Below are positions 19,281 through 29,156 of a stretch of DNA of 64,000 nt, in pieces; position 1 is the first letter of the stretch, and each line of letters opens with the position of its first letter. The translations under genes and the position numbers were made by a program. Under the pieces are notes generated by a model that was not told where the DNA came from, searched no databases, and saw nothing but the letters and a program-made list of their open reading frames with translations. The stretch is from positions 96,001 to 160,000 of IMG/VR virus record IMGVR_UViG_3300032233_002657, one strand, 5' to 3'. This DNA is from a virus (lineage: Duplodnaviria; Caudoviricetes).

Positions 19281-22046
19281 CTACACAACCAATTTAAGGT
19301 CGATTACATTAAGTGGGTAGGGAACAGTAAGCTGAATTACTACGACGATGTTGTCCTTTAGAACAGCGTGCTGCCTAAGCTCTGTAACTGTGTAGTCTAT
19401 GAGCTGTGGCCCGATGTCGCCGCCTACGGATGTTTTAAACCCATCGCCGATGCCTTGAAGAGTTATGGCAATATTGGTAAGGGTAATATCGGTAACATTA
19501 GATCTACCGATATAGGGAACAAGGCCTCTTCGGAACGCGTAGCTCATGTTGTCTACGTTAGTTCGAACTTGTTCTTCGGTGTGATTAAGGTCAAGGTTGT
19601 TAGTGGTTACAGCGTGCCTGTTGATAAAGCTGCCGTCTTCAGCCTTGATAATGACCCAGCCGCCTGAGCCGGCTATGTCATTAAGCTGAGCAACGTTGAA
19701 CCCAGCGATGGCATCGCCAACACTGTCTAAGCCTGATACTTCCACACTTGTAAGACCTTGGTGAGGATTAACGCCAGAGCGAAGTCCAGCGATAGCAGCT
19801 GCTACAAAGTAGCCGGGCTGATTAGCGTATCCGCTAAGGGTTACTGACTGATTAGCAATAGCCACTACTCTAGTAGAGCTGTACTTACCTGCAGCCATAG
19901 CAATTTCTGCGGAGTACTCAGTATTGTTAAGAGTGCGCCAGATTTCAACTTTTTGGGCTACAGCTACAGCGTTTGCGGGCCCTGCCTTAAGCCTTAAGGT
20001 GGTTTCAGAAGTTACTGATTCCACAGTGTACTCAGTGTAGGACATGCGCTCAAAGCCGTCAGTAACATAGAAGTACCTAACAGTGTCTCCAGCTCTAACG
20101 CCTTTAGTATTAAACTTAGCGTTATTAGCGGGAACTGTAAGGCGGGTATACTGAGTGCCGCTAGTTAATGGGTCGTCAGATATAGTTGCAAGCACTGCAC
20201 CTGAATCAGAAGAGTTAGCTGCACTAACCACAGGTATAGAACGCTCTACTGACACACCAAGAACAACTGCACGCCATCGGCCTACTTCGGCACCCGACTG
20301 GTCTTCTGCGTGAGCCTTGTAAGCGTCAAGAACAGGTTGCTTAAAGGTAAGTGGAACTAAGTTGTAAAGGTCTTCACGATCGCTGACTACGTCAAGGACG
20401 TTCAACCAAGCGTCAGTGTCTTCAGGATTAGAGACCGCAGTGAATCTAACTTCTTGGCCATTGCAGTTTTGCAAAGCCATGAACACACCCCAGCAAAGAG
20501 GGTTGTCAGGATGAAGAGTACCCAGTGCCGCTGGCAAATCAGCAACATCATTAAGTGTGCCAAATTCACCAACATAAGTTTGAAGCCAAGCTCTGTACTG
20601 AACATACATCGAGCCTGATTCGATTGGCAGAGCTACCATAACACCGTTGTCGGTCCAAGATGTATGAAAAGCTGTAGATGCTTCTTTAACGATTAGCTCT
20701 GTGCCGCTGGCAGTGTAGTTAACATAAGGAGCCGATTCTTCCCTGCGCTCAGGAACTAAAAGAACTGGGCTAACTATGTAAAGCTTAATATCAAGGTCTG
20801 AAACGCCTTGTATTTCAGTAGGAAGATCGTCTTCAAGTACTATAGTTCGCATGTATCCGGGAGATACTGCTGTAGCTTCAATGTAGTACTTGTCGCCTTT
20901 GCAAAGACCTGTACCACTAAAACTTACAGTAATACCTTCGTTACCCACATTAAAAGCAGTGCTAGCTGCATTCACGGTTATGGGTGCGCTGTAATCCACG
21001 CCATTGGTTGTAGATACAGTGATTTGAGGAGAGCTAGAGAAAGCTCCACCCTTAGTCACTTCAACTATGTAAGAAGTGTCAGAGGCTCCGGTGTAGGTGC
21101 CACCAGAGGTAGCGGTACTTGGAGAAAAGACCTGGATAACCCGAATGCGCCACTTCTGGCCAACAACTAAGTCGTTAGCGCTTACGTCGTCCATGCTGGC
21201 TGCAGAAGATGCAGAAGCAGTAGGGTTAGAGTCAAACTCTACCTTTAAACCGCGAGTTCCAATAGTTGTGAAACCCCCGGCTGCAGCAGGAGTAACAGAA
21301 GCAACGTTATCAAGGCCTGAGCTGGTAGTTACTCGAAGGGCAGCAGTGGTGAGATCACCATCTCTTGAGCTTTGGGTGACTTCTACAGTGTAGTAGTCAT
21401 CAATCGCCCCGTCTTCTCGAGCATCATAGGCGGTGGCATCTGCCGTGACTGTGATGGTATTCTTAACAGTGCCGATATCGTCTACATTAACGGCAGCTGA
21501 CTGTGAGGTTTTGTTAGTAGTGGCGGCAACAGCTGCTGCTGTGCTTGCAGCTACGTCGTCGCCGATAAATCCTACTATTTTAGTATTTAAGGTGTAGGTA
21601 GTTCCGGAGGCTATACCCCTAATGTATACTGCATCGCCGCTTCGAGCCCCTCGGTCTAGAAGAGCAGCAGAGGCTGGGTAAGAAGTACCGTTATCGGTAA
21701 AAGCTACGCCGGCTGCACGAATGCGATTAGGGTGATTAGCTACTGGAGCTACAAGGCTGCCAACTCCAGCGTCATTTTGATAGTATTTGAGGTGGGCATC
21801 ATCAAGATAAAGCTTTACATAGGTAGTGTCTACAACAGCGCCTGGGCTAAGACTAGGCCAGCTGTATGAAGTGTCTTCAAGGTAGTCGTAGCTACCTAAG
21901 AATATGTTTAATTTTTCGTCGGGAACAGCGTACCGAAACAGTTCAGCGTGTCCTCCGCTTATGTGGGAGTTAAGAACTCCGGCTGTAGCTACGGGAGCTA
22001 CTCTAAATTCTTGAAATACTTTAACTTGGGGAAGAACATACGCCAT
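19281..22046 (-). CDS. Contractile tail sheath protein
   Basis: N-terminal MAYVLPQVKVFQE and C-terminal sheath domain (RHAVTT...EEQVRTNVD...YIGRSN...TVPYPLNVIDLKLVV). Confidence 0.85.
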   Translation of the reverse strand: MAYVLPQVKVFQEFRVAPVATAGVLNSHISGGHAELFRYAVPDEKLNIFLGSYDYLEDTSYSWPSLSPGAVVDTTYVKLYLDDAHLKYYQNDAGVGSLVAPVANHPNRIRAAGVAFTDNGTSYPASAALLDRGARSGDAVYIRGIASGTTYTLNTKIVGFIGDDVAASTAAAVAATTNKTSQSAAVNVDDIGTVKNTITVTADATAYDAREDGAIDDYYTVEVTQSSRDGDLTTAALRVTTSSGLDNVASVTPAAAGGFTTIGTRGLKVEFDSNPTASASSAASMDDVSANDLVVGQKWRIRVIQVFSPSTATSGGTYTGASDTSYIVEVTKGGAFSSSPQITVSTTNGVDYSAPITVNAASTAFNVGNEGITVSFSGTGLCKGDKYYIEATAVSPGYMRTIVLEDDLPTEIQGVSDLDIKLYIVSPVLLVPERREESAPYVNYTASGTELIVKEASTAFHTSWTDNGVMVALPIESGSMYVQYRAWLQTYVGEFGTLNDVADLPAALGTLHPDNPLCWGVFMALQNCNGQEVRFTAVSNPEDTDAWLNVLDVVSDREDLYNLVPLTFKQPVLDAYKAHAEDQSGAEVGRWRAVVLGVSVERSIPVVSAANSSDSGAVLATISDDPLTSGTQYTRLTVPANNAKFNTKGVRAGDTVRYFYVTDGFERMSYTEYTVESVTSETTLRLKAGPANAVAVAQKVEIWRTLNNTEYSAEIAMAAGKYSSTRVVAIANQSVTLSGYANQPGYFVAAAIAGLRSGVNPHQGLTSVEVSGLDSVGDAIAGFNVAQLNDIAGSGGWVIIKAEDGSFINRHAVTTNNLDLNHTEEQVRTNVDNMSYAFRRGLVPYIGRSNVTDITLTNIAITLQGIGDGFKTSVGGDIGPQLIDYTVTELRQHAVLKDNIVVVIQLTVPYPLNVIDLKLVV

Positions 22047-22082
22047 GATAGTTGGCCTCCGTGCCTGTTAGTTAGCCCCGTC

Positions 22083-22706
22083 TTAGGGCAGGTAAGAAGA
22101 TAAATTAACCCTCTTTAGAATCGGCCCCTGCTGGGCTACTGTCCAAACCTCTTGTCCAGTGTACTGTACAACTATAGGTGCTGCATAGTTCTCTTTTGCT
22201 TCTTCTAACTGAAAAAGAGGACCGAGCTGCACTGCTTCAAATTTAATCAAATTCAGAACATTTGCAATAACTAATCCGTAGGTATTTAAATCTTTATAAA
22301 CTTCACCTGCTAATATCTCTGACTGGACCCCGCTATTCGATATACAGAAAAGGGTGTGCGACCCTTTCATAATCCTACCATAACGCTCAGATCCTAGGTA
22401 AATATCGTCAGTACCGGCGTTGTCGTTAAGGACCAATCTTTCAGAACTCCAGCTTCCGCGCTTAATTATTATAGCTGGTCTTTTTTCTGTTATTTCTGGT
22501 TTCCACTTAGTTATAGATTCTATAAGAATGCCCGTAGGCTGTGTTGCCTTCCAAAGTAAACCTCTAAGTTGTTCTGTTTCTATATTATTTGGATCTGCAA
22601 ATCTATTGGTCAGCCAGTCTCTTAAATAGCCTGTGACTATGTGGGGAGCTATTCCTAAAGCACATAGGTTGTTTCCCGTGTCAAATGCTGGCTGAGGCTC
22701 ACTCAT
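22083..22706 (-). CDS. Putative tail completion/terminator protein
   Basis: Directly upstream of the sheath; EKRPAIIIKR motif. Confidence 0.55.
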   Translation of the reverse strand: MSEPQPAFDTGNNLCALGIAPHIVTGYLRDWLTNRFADPNNIETEQLRGLLWKATQPTGILIESITKWKPEITEKRPAIIIKRGSWSSERLVLNDNAGTDDIYLGSERYGRIMKGSHTLFCISNSGVQSEILAGEVYKDLNTYGLVIANVLNLIKFEAVQLGPLFQLEEAKENYAAPIVVQYTGQEVWTVAQQGPILKRVNLSSYLP

Positions 22707-22903
22707 ACTTTCTTGCCTTTATTCATAAAACTAAAATCAGGCTGCTGATAAGAAACTATCTTAGGCATCTCTATCTCTTTATTTTTAGGAGTGGAGACGT
22801 CTCTACTAATACCGCCGTGAAACTCTTTAACGTGATTTGCCATCTTATCAAAAGGTGAGTCATCAAACATCGACCCTTTGTCCATCATTCCTTTTACCAT
22901 CAT
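22703..22903 (-). CDS. Small hypothetical protein
   Basis: ATGA overlaps with both neighbours. Confidence 0.55.
   Translation of the reverse strand: MMVKGMMDKGSMFDDSPFDKMANHVKEFHGGISRDVSTPKNKEIEMPKIVSYQQPDFSFMNKGKKV
22791..22806. repeat. Dispersed palindrome, copy 3 (GTGGAGACGTCTCTAC, 15/16)
   Basis: Read directly. Confidence 0.85.
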
Positions 22904-23712
22904 AGCCCTTCCTCCGGTATTGTGTAGACTACGTCTGTGAACGGAGCCATTCTTAAATTTACAGCAGCTACTACATTGTATCCTCTCATTGTAACTAATT
23001 CCGTATACTCATGTACGATATATCTTCTGCCGCTACCTTTATCCCATATCACATCTGTAGCTGCAACTATCACATCTCCCACTACTCTACAGTTCTGAAC
23101 AGTTGATTGTGTTTTTGTTCCCGTGGACTCTATATCTATTTTTTGTGCTTCTGTAGCCACTGGAAGTTCTATAAATATAGGTACAGCGCTGTAGTAGCCG
23201 TTAAGTAGAGAGGTCCCAAAACATACCGGACAGTTACCGTCTATAGCTTCATCTGTTAGTGGGTCAGCACATCTAGGACACCTTTGAGCTGTTATTTTTC
23301 TTTTAAATATTACAGCGGTTTCTAGGCCAGCATATTTAGATAATCTTAATTTTTCTTTTCTTATAAGCTCTCTTACTATTCTCCAAGTTCTATAGTCTAC
23401 TCCTGAGTCGGCAGTTATTGTTGTAGAGTAGTAAGTTCTAAGAGCTGTTGTAAGTTTAACTCTGTAGCACCAGTCTAGGTCTTTGCCGTAAACCCTGCTT
23501 TCGTCGTCTATAAGAAACCAGGTGTTAATAGCGGGAGGGCCTATGTTAATAAAGTCAGCAGTATCTGCGGAAGACTTAGCGCCTTGCAAAGTAAAGTAAT
23601 AAGGGCCTGGATCAGATATAAGCCGACTAAGCTCCCACTCCACTTTTGTGCCGCCAGAGGGAGAGAACTTTACAAACGTTCTTTCAAACACGTCAATACC
23701 TGAGTATGTCAC
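22900..23712 (-). CDS. Putative neck/head-closure protein with Zn ribbon
   Basis: CPRC...CPVCFGT motif; position between the adaptor and tail completion genes. Confidence 0.55.
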   Translation of the reverse strand: MTYSGIDVFERTFVKFSPSGGTKVEWELSRLISDPGPYYFTLQGAKSSADTADFINIGPPAINTWFLIDDESRVYGKDLDWCYRVKLTTALRTYYSTTITADSGVDYRTWRIVRELIRKEKLRLSKYAGLETAVIFKRKITAQRCPRCADPLTDEAIDGNCPVCFGTSLLNGYYSAVPIFIELPVATEAQKIDIESTGTKTQSTVQNCRVVGDVIVAATDVIWDKGSGRRYIVHEYTELVTMRGYNVVAAVNLRMAPFTDVVYTIPEEGL

Positions 23713-24035
23713 GGCCTGTTCCTTACCTTCTCAAGGTGCTTGTCGCAGTCCTTAACAATGTCTATATTCCAAGACAAAAACGAGTGCAGGTGCCCAAAAA
23801 CAAAATGGCAATATGAGCACAATACTATTAGGTTCGCAGGGTCTAACTCCCTAGTAGGATCTAAATGTACAGGAACCTTATGGTGAACAACCAGCTTCTT
23901 TGTAGACCCGCATGCGGCGCAGGGCTTACCCTTTGCAAAGTCATCGCGGCACTTGGGCCACTTGCCTGATCTAACACCTAACGCCCAGACTAGCGTGTCC
24001 ATTACTTTTATTTGTATGGACTTTAAAGTTATCAT
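23709..24035 (-). CDS. HNH endonuclease (small, CxxC...HH...N...CxxCH)
   Basis: CAACG, VHHKVP, NLIVLCSYCH; ATG at 24035 overlaps the upstream stop (ATGA). Confidence 0.8.
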   Translation of the reverse strand: MITLKSIQIKVMDTLVWALGVRSGKWPKCRDDFAKGKPCAACGSTKKLVVHHKVPVHLDPTRELDPANLIVLCSYCHFVFGHLHSFLSWNIDIVKDCDKHLEKVRNRP

Positions 24036-24955
24036 CTGTATCTCCCGAATTCCCCGTAGGTAGAACCGAAAGACCCATCCCATGCTTCTTTATTTATTTG
24101 AACCTTAGTCATCTTGACCCACTTCATATATTCTTGAAGCATCTGATTGCCTATTGCTTCATACTCTTGCGCTTTGTTCTTATCGTCTACAGCTATGCCG
24201 CCTGCATTGTAAGCTAACTGGTTTCTTCTATAGTGCTTAGCCGCAAGAATATATAGCTCACCCATTATGCCATCAAAAAGAACAGTAGGATTGGGGAAGT
24301 TAGTGGTATCAAAGAATCTGTTAATCTTAGGCTGCGAAGTATTCCAGTGCTGTACGCAGTGAACCATAACCTCGCATATCTCGGATAAATCGAACTCTAA
24401 GGTGTTTAGAAGAGGATTGTCTTCAGGAGAGTTGTCTCTAAGGTATACCCTTATTTCTCGAACAGGAGGTAGGCCTCGTAGCCCGTTAACCCCAGTGGTA
24501 TTAAACTGGCTTCTCTCGACAAGTATGTAAAAGTTGGAGGAGTGTATAAGCTCACCAGAAGGAGAGAAAACTCCCCAGTTACCTTCTAACACTCCGTTAA
24601 GCCCTGTAGCGGTTACTGGTATTTTGGCTCTGACTAAACCAGCGGCGGCGTCTATAAATACACCCTCTACATCGACTAGAGGAGCGTTACTAGGGTTGGA
24701 AAGAATTTCTCTGGCCCTGAGCTTTATGCTTCCCGAAATACTGGCGCTAGACGAGCTGGAAGCTGAATCAAACCCGCATGTGGAAAAGTTTATCGGCCTG
24801 CCTTCACCGTCGCGCAGTGCCATCTCTATAACTGGAGCCATGCCTTGTGCGGTGGCTACAGCTGGAGTCTTAGTAAAAATAGGACGACCATCTACTCGAG
24901 TGATGGTGGGCCTTAAGACTAGCTGATCTGCACACTCTATTATGCTTGGGTCCAT
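24032..24955 (-). CDS. Putative head-tail adaptor/neck protein with N-terminal Ig-like domain
   Basis: Beta-rich N-terminus; helical C-terminus (IRVYLRD...RRNQLAYNAGGIAVDDK) resembling adaptor proteins; position after the capsid genes. Confidence 0.55.
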   Translation of the reverse strand: MDPSIIECADQLVLRPTITRVDGRPIFTKTPAVATAQGMAPVIEMALRDGEGRPINFSTCGFDSASSSSSASISGSIKLRAREILSNPSNAPLVDVEGVFIDAAAGLVRAKIPVTATGLNGVLEGNWGVFSPSGELIHSSNFYILVERSQFNTTGVNGLRGLPPVREIRVYLRDNSPEDNPLLNTLEFDLSEICEVMVHCVQHWNTSQPKINRFFDTTNFPNPTVLFDGIMGELYILAAKHYRRNQLAYNAGGIAVDDKNKAQEYEAIGNQMLQEYMKWVKMTKVQINKEAWDGSFGSTYGEFGRYR

Positions 24956-24969
24956 TTTGGCTCCATTGC

Positions 24970-26229
24970 TTATATTTTACACGGGCCTGGCTGATGCTGC
25001 CCCTTTAAAGCACATAGGTCGGCGTAAACGTACAGCATATTATTGGTCTTATGGAATTCAGTAGGGGCCTCGGTCCATAGTCTATCCGCTTGAAACCTGC
25101 AAGTTATCTCAGGAACAAACTTAGCGTAGTCCCTATTGGTATAGTACCAAAAAGAGTTCTGATTGATACAGTTAATGTGACTTGGGTCTTGAACGGCTGC
25201 TCTTCCGTCTGAGCTAGGCGTACCTGACAGTATCCAACCGCCTGGGGCTAGAACTCTGTAGAAGTCATTCATGCACTCAACAAACTTATGCCTAGGTATG
25301 TGCTCAAAGCAGTCATAAGCTCTTAGAATGCCGATTGAGTTATCCGCAAATGGCAGAGGCCCTTCACCTAGGGTATGGATAATGTCTGCATCTCTTTTAT
25401 CTAAGCTCTTATAACCCTTAGGTGAATTACGGCCGCCCCCTAAGTCTATCATGTCTAATTTATTCCTACGGCACCACTCTTCACACAGTTTGTGCAAGTA
25501 TCTGTTGTGTGTGGTGTTTTGCGCTTTAACAATGTCGCCTGCCTTGCTTTCAAAGGAGTTTGATTTTTTAGGGTCTATGACTCTTCTATAAAGATATAAG
25601 CATTCTTCGTGGTGAATAAATTCTGCTTTAGATAAATAAGTTTTGCATATGAGGTCGTGGTCATCGCCTACGGCCATAGAGCCGTCATGGCCTCCGGCAG
25701 CGTAATAGACATCCCTGTGCCAAGCCCTTACATGGTTAGGGGCAAAGAATACTTGTGCCAAGCAGCTTGGCGAAGGTGGAAAGCACCTATGGGCTACATA
25801 GGGTTTGCCTAGATGTTCAAAATCATATGTCTTCCAGCCGTAGGAGCTGTGGTAGACCTCAGGAGCACCATTAGGAAAGAAGCAGGCAAAGTCAGAATAG
25901 TGAAAAGCGGGCCCGTGCTTATCGTGTTTTTCTGCAATTCTTTGAAGCGCCCATGGTACCAGTATGTCATCGTGATCTAGCTCTACGTATATTTCACCTT
26001 TAGCCTGACTGCAAGCGTAGTTCTTAAGGGCGCCTATTCTTACACTCTTTACTGGCTTCACTACCACTCTAGGGTCATTTATTATTTCTGGGGGTAGGAA
26101 AAGGGTCTTATCTCCGTTAGGGACTATTATCCATTCCCAATTAGAGTGAGTCTGCTTAACTAAACTATCGTAGCAATCTTTTATCCAAGTTGTGTCATGC
26201 GTAGGAGTGAACACGCTGAATTTTAACAA
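24970..26229 (-). CDS. GT2 glycosyltransferase fused to a SAM-dependent methyltransferase-like domain
   Basis: FSVFTPTH...DSLVKQTHSNWEWIIV, ELDHDD (DxD), GDDHDL; C-terminal IDLGGG...LPFADNS...FEHI...YRVLAPGG. Confidence 0.85.
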   Translation of the reverse strand: MLKFSVFTPTHDTTWIKDCYDSLVKQTHSNWEWIIVPNGDKTLFLPPEIINDPRVVVKPVKSVRIGALKNYACSQAKGEIYVELDHDDILVPWALQRIAEKHDKHGPAFHYSDFACFFPNGAPEVYHSSYGWKTYDFEHLGKPYVAHRCFPPSPSCLAQVFFAPNHVRAWHRDVYYAAGGHDGSMAVGDDHDLICKTYLSKAEFIHHEECLYLYRRVIDPKKSNSFESKAGDIVKAQNTTHNRYLHKLCEEWCRRNKLDMIDLGGGRNSPKGYKSLDKRDADIIHTLGEGPLPFADNSIGILRAYDCFEHIPRHKFVECMNDFYRVLAPGGWILSGTPSSDGRAAVQDPSHINCINQNSFWYYTNRDYAKFVPEITCRFQADRLWTEAPTEFHKTNNMLYVYADLCALKGQHQPGPCKI

Positions 26230-26316
26230 GGTAGACTTCTTTCATAGGTAAGATTTGACTTAGTAACATGCAGTTAACATACCTATATGAGCTTTGTATT
26301 TCCAGTCCATTAAACG

Positions 26317-26344
26317 AAAAAAGCCCCGGCATGCCGAGGCTTTT
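26317..26344 (-). terminator. Intrinsic terminator
   Basis: Minus strand AAAAGCCTCGGCATGCCGGGGCTTTTTT. Confidence 0.75.
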
Positions 26345-26378
26345 AGAGCTGCTACCTAGAGCATCTCGATTATAAACA

Positions 26379-26717
26379 TTAGCTGGCAGCACTAGATGAG
26401 TAAGGCACACCAAATGGATCGACTGGTGAGAAGGTGCCGTTATCTAATTTGATAGTTTTGCTTACGTCCAAAGTAGCATCGTAAAGTATTGGGGTAGGCC
26501 CGCTAACTACTACAAGGTCACCAGACTGGACTGCAGCTGTGAAGCCCGCTCTTTTTCGACCAGAGGTTATTCTGGACAAAAGATTTTCAACAGACCCGAA
26601 GAATGTGTACTCTTCGCCAGTTTCAAGTTTTTTACCGTGTGGTGGTAAGAAGCCAAATACTGCGGCCTTACCAGACATGTTTCGCACTGTAGTGTTAATG
26701 CAATCTATATTAGCCAT
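26379..26717 (-). CDS. Hypothetical virion protein
   Basis: AGGAGG RBS; downstream of the capsid gene. Confidence 0.6.
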   Translation of the reverse strand: MANIDCINTTVRNMSGKAAVFGFLPPHGKKLETGEEYTFFGSVENLLSRITSGRKRAGFTAAVQSGDLVVVSGPTPILYDATLDVSKTIKLDNGTFSPVDPFGVPYSSSAAS

Positions 26718-26742
26718 TTTAACCTCCTAGGTTACTTGTTAA

Positions 26743-27132
26743 TTAAGCAGAGATCTGCTTGGCCATAGCCCCATGGTAAGTGAGAACTGCGTCCATTATA
26801 TCAGGCCTTGAAGCTAATTCATAGGAGGCCTTTTTAATAGCGTCGTTTAAATTGCTGTTAGCTGTGGGCGCGCCCATAAGGCCACCCAACTGCTGGTTAG
26901 CTACATTTAAAAAGTTAGTTTGAGCGGAAGCTTGCTTTACGCTTTCTTGAGCGTGAGCTTCTCCAAGACGACCTGCCATCTCTAGAAGGCTGGATACCTC
27001 AGCGTCATTCTGGGGCACGATGTTAAAATCGGAAGCCAGCTTTTCAAGGAATACGGGAATAAATACTTCACGTACAAGAGTAGCGTGCGCAGCTTGAGCT
27101 TGACCCAGCTCTTCTTGCGTTAAATTAGACAT
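26743..27132 (-). CDS. Hypothetical head-associated protein (K-x-A motifs)
   Basis: GGAGG RBS; EKLAS, VKQAS, IKKAS. Confidence 0.6.
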   Translation of the reverse strand: MSNLTQEELGQAQAAHATLVREVFIPVFLEKLASDFNIVPQNDAEVSSLLEMAGRLGEAHAQESVKQASAQTNFLNVANQQLGGLMGAPTANSNLNDAIKKASYELASRPDIMDAVLTYHGAMAKQISA

Positions 27133-27151
27133 TGTCGGCCTCCAGACTTAA

Positions 27152-27182
27152 GAAGAATAGGGGCCACTTAAAAGTGACCCCC
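27152..27182 (-). terminator. Stem-loop after the major capsid gene
   Basis: Minus strand GGGGGTCACTTTTAAGTGGCCCC followed by TATTCTTC. Confidence 0.6.
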
Positions 27183-27194
27183 GAACTGTTAACA

Positions 27195-28124
27195 TTACGC
27201 AAAGTCAACACGGGCAACTGCGTTGGTGTTGCCGATGGCGCCACCAAGAGTTTCATAAGCGAAGAATTCTAACATGTAGGCCTTTCGGTCAACATAAAGA
27301 GTTGTATCTTCGAGGATGAACGACTTGCCCAAGAATTTAGGATCAGCGAACATAAAGATGCTGTCAGTAGGAACCAAGTCCTGCTTGATGGAGATAATCC
27401 AACGAGCATTCATGAAGTTCTGCTCTGACCAGCCGTTCTTGAATACGTCCTGACTGAAGTCACCGCCCATTTCTTCACGACCGAATTTCATCAGTTCGCG
27501 AATAGTAAGGTTGTTGACCAAGCAGGTACCTACTTCAAGGCGGCTAATGGTTCTAGGAAGAACCTTAAACGCATCTTGGAGGGTGTCACGGGTAATACCA
27601 CCGTAGATGGTTTCCCATTGTACCAAGCCGGATTGAGTTACGGTAGCATCTGCTGAGCTTCCCATAGCAGCGTTACACGCTTCAATAAATTTACGATCTT
27701 CTTCCGCTAACATATCCTTAATGGCATTATCCGAAAGGATCTGCCTGATATCCATGCGGTAAGTACGAAGTTCATCTACGTCCTTCGTAAATCGTGGAGT
27801 TACAATGCGGTCAAAGGTAACCCTGTATTTCTGACCACGAATATAAAGGTTCATGGGAAGAGTATTGAATGGGATCGAGATCGCTGCTGGCGAATCAGGT
27901 TCACGTTCAATAATCTTTACAGGCTTATCAGTGTCAACCTGTTGATCAAGGTCATCGTTACTGACCTGGACAGGTGGAAGAATTCTTCGGTAGAAGCCTT
28001 CTTCGCGCATTCTGTAGCGGGTATAGTCAACGACAGCATCAAGTGCTCGTTTTTCCATACCGGGGGTTTCAAGGTAACTGAGGAATGTCTCATTCGTCAG
28101 TTTAGTGTCGTTATCGTAGGCCAT
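27195..28124 (-). CDS. Major capsid protein (HK97 fold)
   Basis: 309 aa; strong RBS, own stem-loop, order protease-scaffold-decoration-capsid; E-loop/spine-helix-like pattern (RIVTPRFTKDVDEL...DNAIKDMLAEEDRKFI). Confidence 0.7.
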   Translation of the reverse strand: MAYDNDTKLTNETFLSYLETPGMEKRALDAVVDYTRYRMREEGFYRRILPPVQVSNDDLDQQVDTDKPVKIIEREPDSPAAISIPFNTLPMNLYIRGQKYRVTFDRIVTPRFTKDVDELRTYRMDIRQILSDNAIKDMLAEEDRKFIEACNAAMGSSADATVTQSGLVQWETIYGGITRDTLQDAFKVLPRTISRLEVGTCLVNNLTIRELMKFGREEMGGDFSQDVFKNGWSEQNFMNARWIISIKQDLVPTDSIFMFADPKFLGKSFILEDTTLYVDRKAYMLEFFAYETLGGAIGNTNAVARVDFA

Positions 28125-28143
28125 GTTAGAGCTCCTCCTAGTA

Positions 28144-28698
28144 TTAGTATCCTGCTTTGCCTGGTTTGTAAACAGTCCAGAACGCTAATACATTATTGCG
28201 ATCTGATTGGCGTTTACGCACGCCTCTAGAAACAACCCCAACTATGTTAGTAGGATTACCTGAACCGGCTTCTGCAGCTACTGTACTGGCGTTGGTCAAA
28301 AGACCAGCGTCGGTGCTGCTCTGGGAGCTGGATTTACAGCGAAGATACTCGTTAGGAGCATAAGTGTTAGCTGAGTCAAACTCAGTGGTTTCCAACTCGT
28401 AAGAGCCAGAGCCTACCAAGCCAGTAATGGTGCCAGTAGGTCCGATAGGATACCAAGTGGTACCGCCATCGTTGCTGACGTCATTATCTGTACCGTTCTG
28501 AAGAAGGAAGATAGGCATCATGCTACCAGTGCAGCCGAGTTCAAACTCGCCTACAGAGTTAATATGGGCACATCGACCAGCATACACACTCACCTCAACA
28601 TTAGCAGATATCTTGGCTGTATAGTCCAAGGCTGCCATCTGAAACCAACCCTTGATCGCATCAAGAGTATGGTCAAACATCTGACGTGGATTTGCCAT
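28144..28698 (-). CDS. Putative capsid decoration/cement protein
   Basis: Gly/Thr/Ser-rich beta protein immediately upstream of the capsid gene. Confidence 0.55.
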   Translation of the reverse strand: MANPRQMFDHTLDAIKGWFQMAALDYTAKISANVEVSVYAGRCAHINSVGEFELGCTGSMMPIFLLQNGTDNDVSNDGGTTWYPIGPTGTITGLVGSGSYELETTEFDSANTYAPNEYLRCKSSSQSSTDAGLLTNASTVAAEAGSGNPTNIVGVVSRGVRKRQSDRNNVLAFWTVYKPGKAGY

Positions 28699-28753
28699 AA
28701 TTTAAGACCTCCGTGTCTGTTTGGCTACCAATCTAGCGCTGTTTAAAATACAC

Positions 28754-29140
28754 CTATAAGCCTAAGTGCTGGCGGAAACGACGATCGGACTCGCGCTCGG
28801 AAGTAGTCCGTCGTCCCACGTATGGATCATTCATCGAGTCGTAATTGTTAGCTTGCTTTTCTGGTTTACCCAGAGCTTTTGGCTTAACAGTTTTACTAAC
28901 GTCCGCAGCCTTGATCAAGATCTCTAAAGCCTTGACATGACTAGTCAAAGCAGAAGCGGCCTTTTCACGGTCAGCTGGGTCAATCCTTTCGAATTGAATT
29001 AGGGCATCGACTGCTTTGGGGAGAAGCTCCCCGATGCGTTCGTCTGCAGCTCTTTTTTCATTGAGTTGCTTTTCAGCTACGTCTAGGGCAGCCTCTACGC
29101 ATTGAATATAGTCGATTGCTTTTTCTGAGAAATTAGACAT
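28754..29140 (-). CDS. Hypothetical head protein (scaffold-like, K-x-A motifs)
   Basis: Helical; EKRAA, IKAAD, EKQAN. Confidence 0.55.
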   Translation of the reverse strand: MSNFSEKAIDYIQCVEAALDVAEKQLNEKRAADERIGELLPKAVDALIQFERIDPADREKAASALTSHVKALEILIKAADVSKTVKPKALGKPEKQANNYDSMNDPYVGRRTTSERESDRRFRQHLGL

Positions 29141-29156
29141 TTAAATAGCCTCCAAA

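Noticed and set aside
2813-22706. Extracellular contractile injection system or tailocin rather than a phage
   Set aside because: Capsid, protease, neck, RNR, PhoH and RNAP genes are contiguous with the tail genes
26195-26413. 72-aa minus-strand ORF between the head genes and the glycosyltransferase
   Set aside because: Overlaps both neighbours and spans a terminator hairpin
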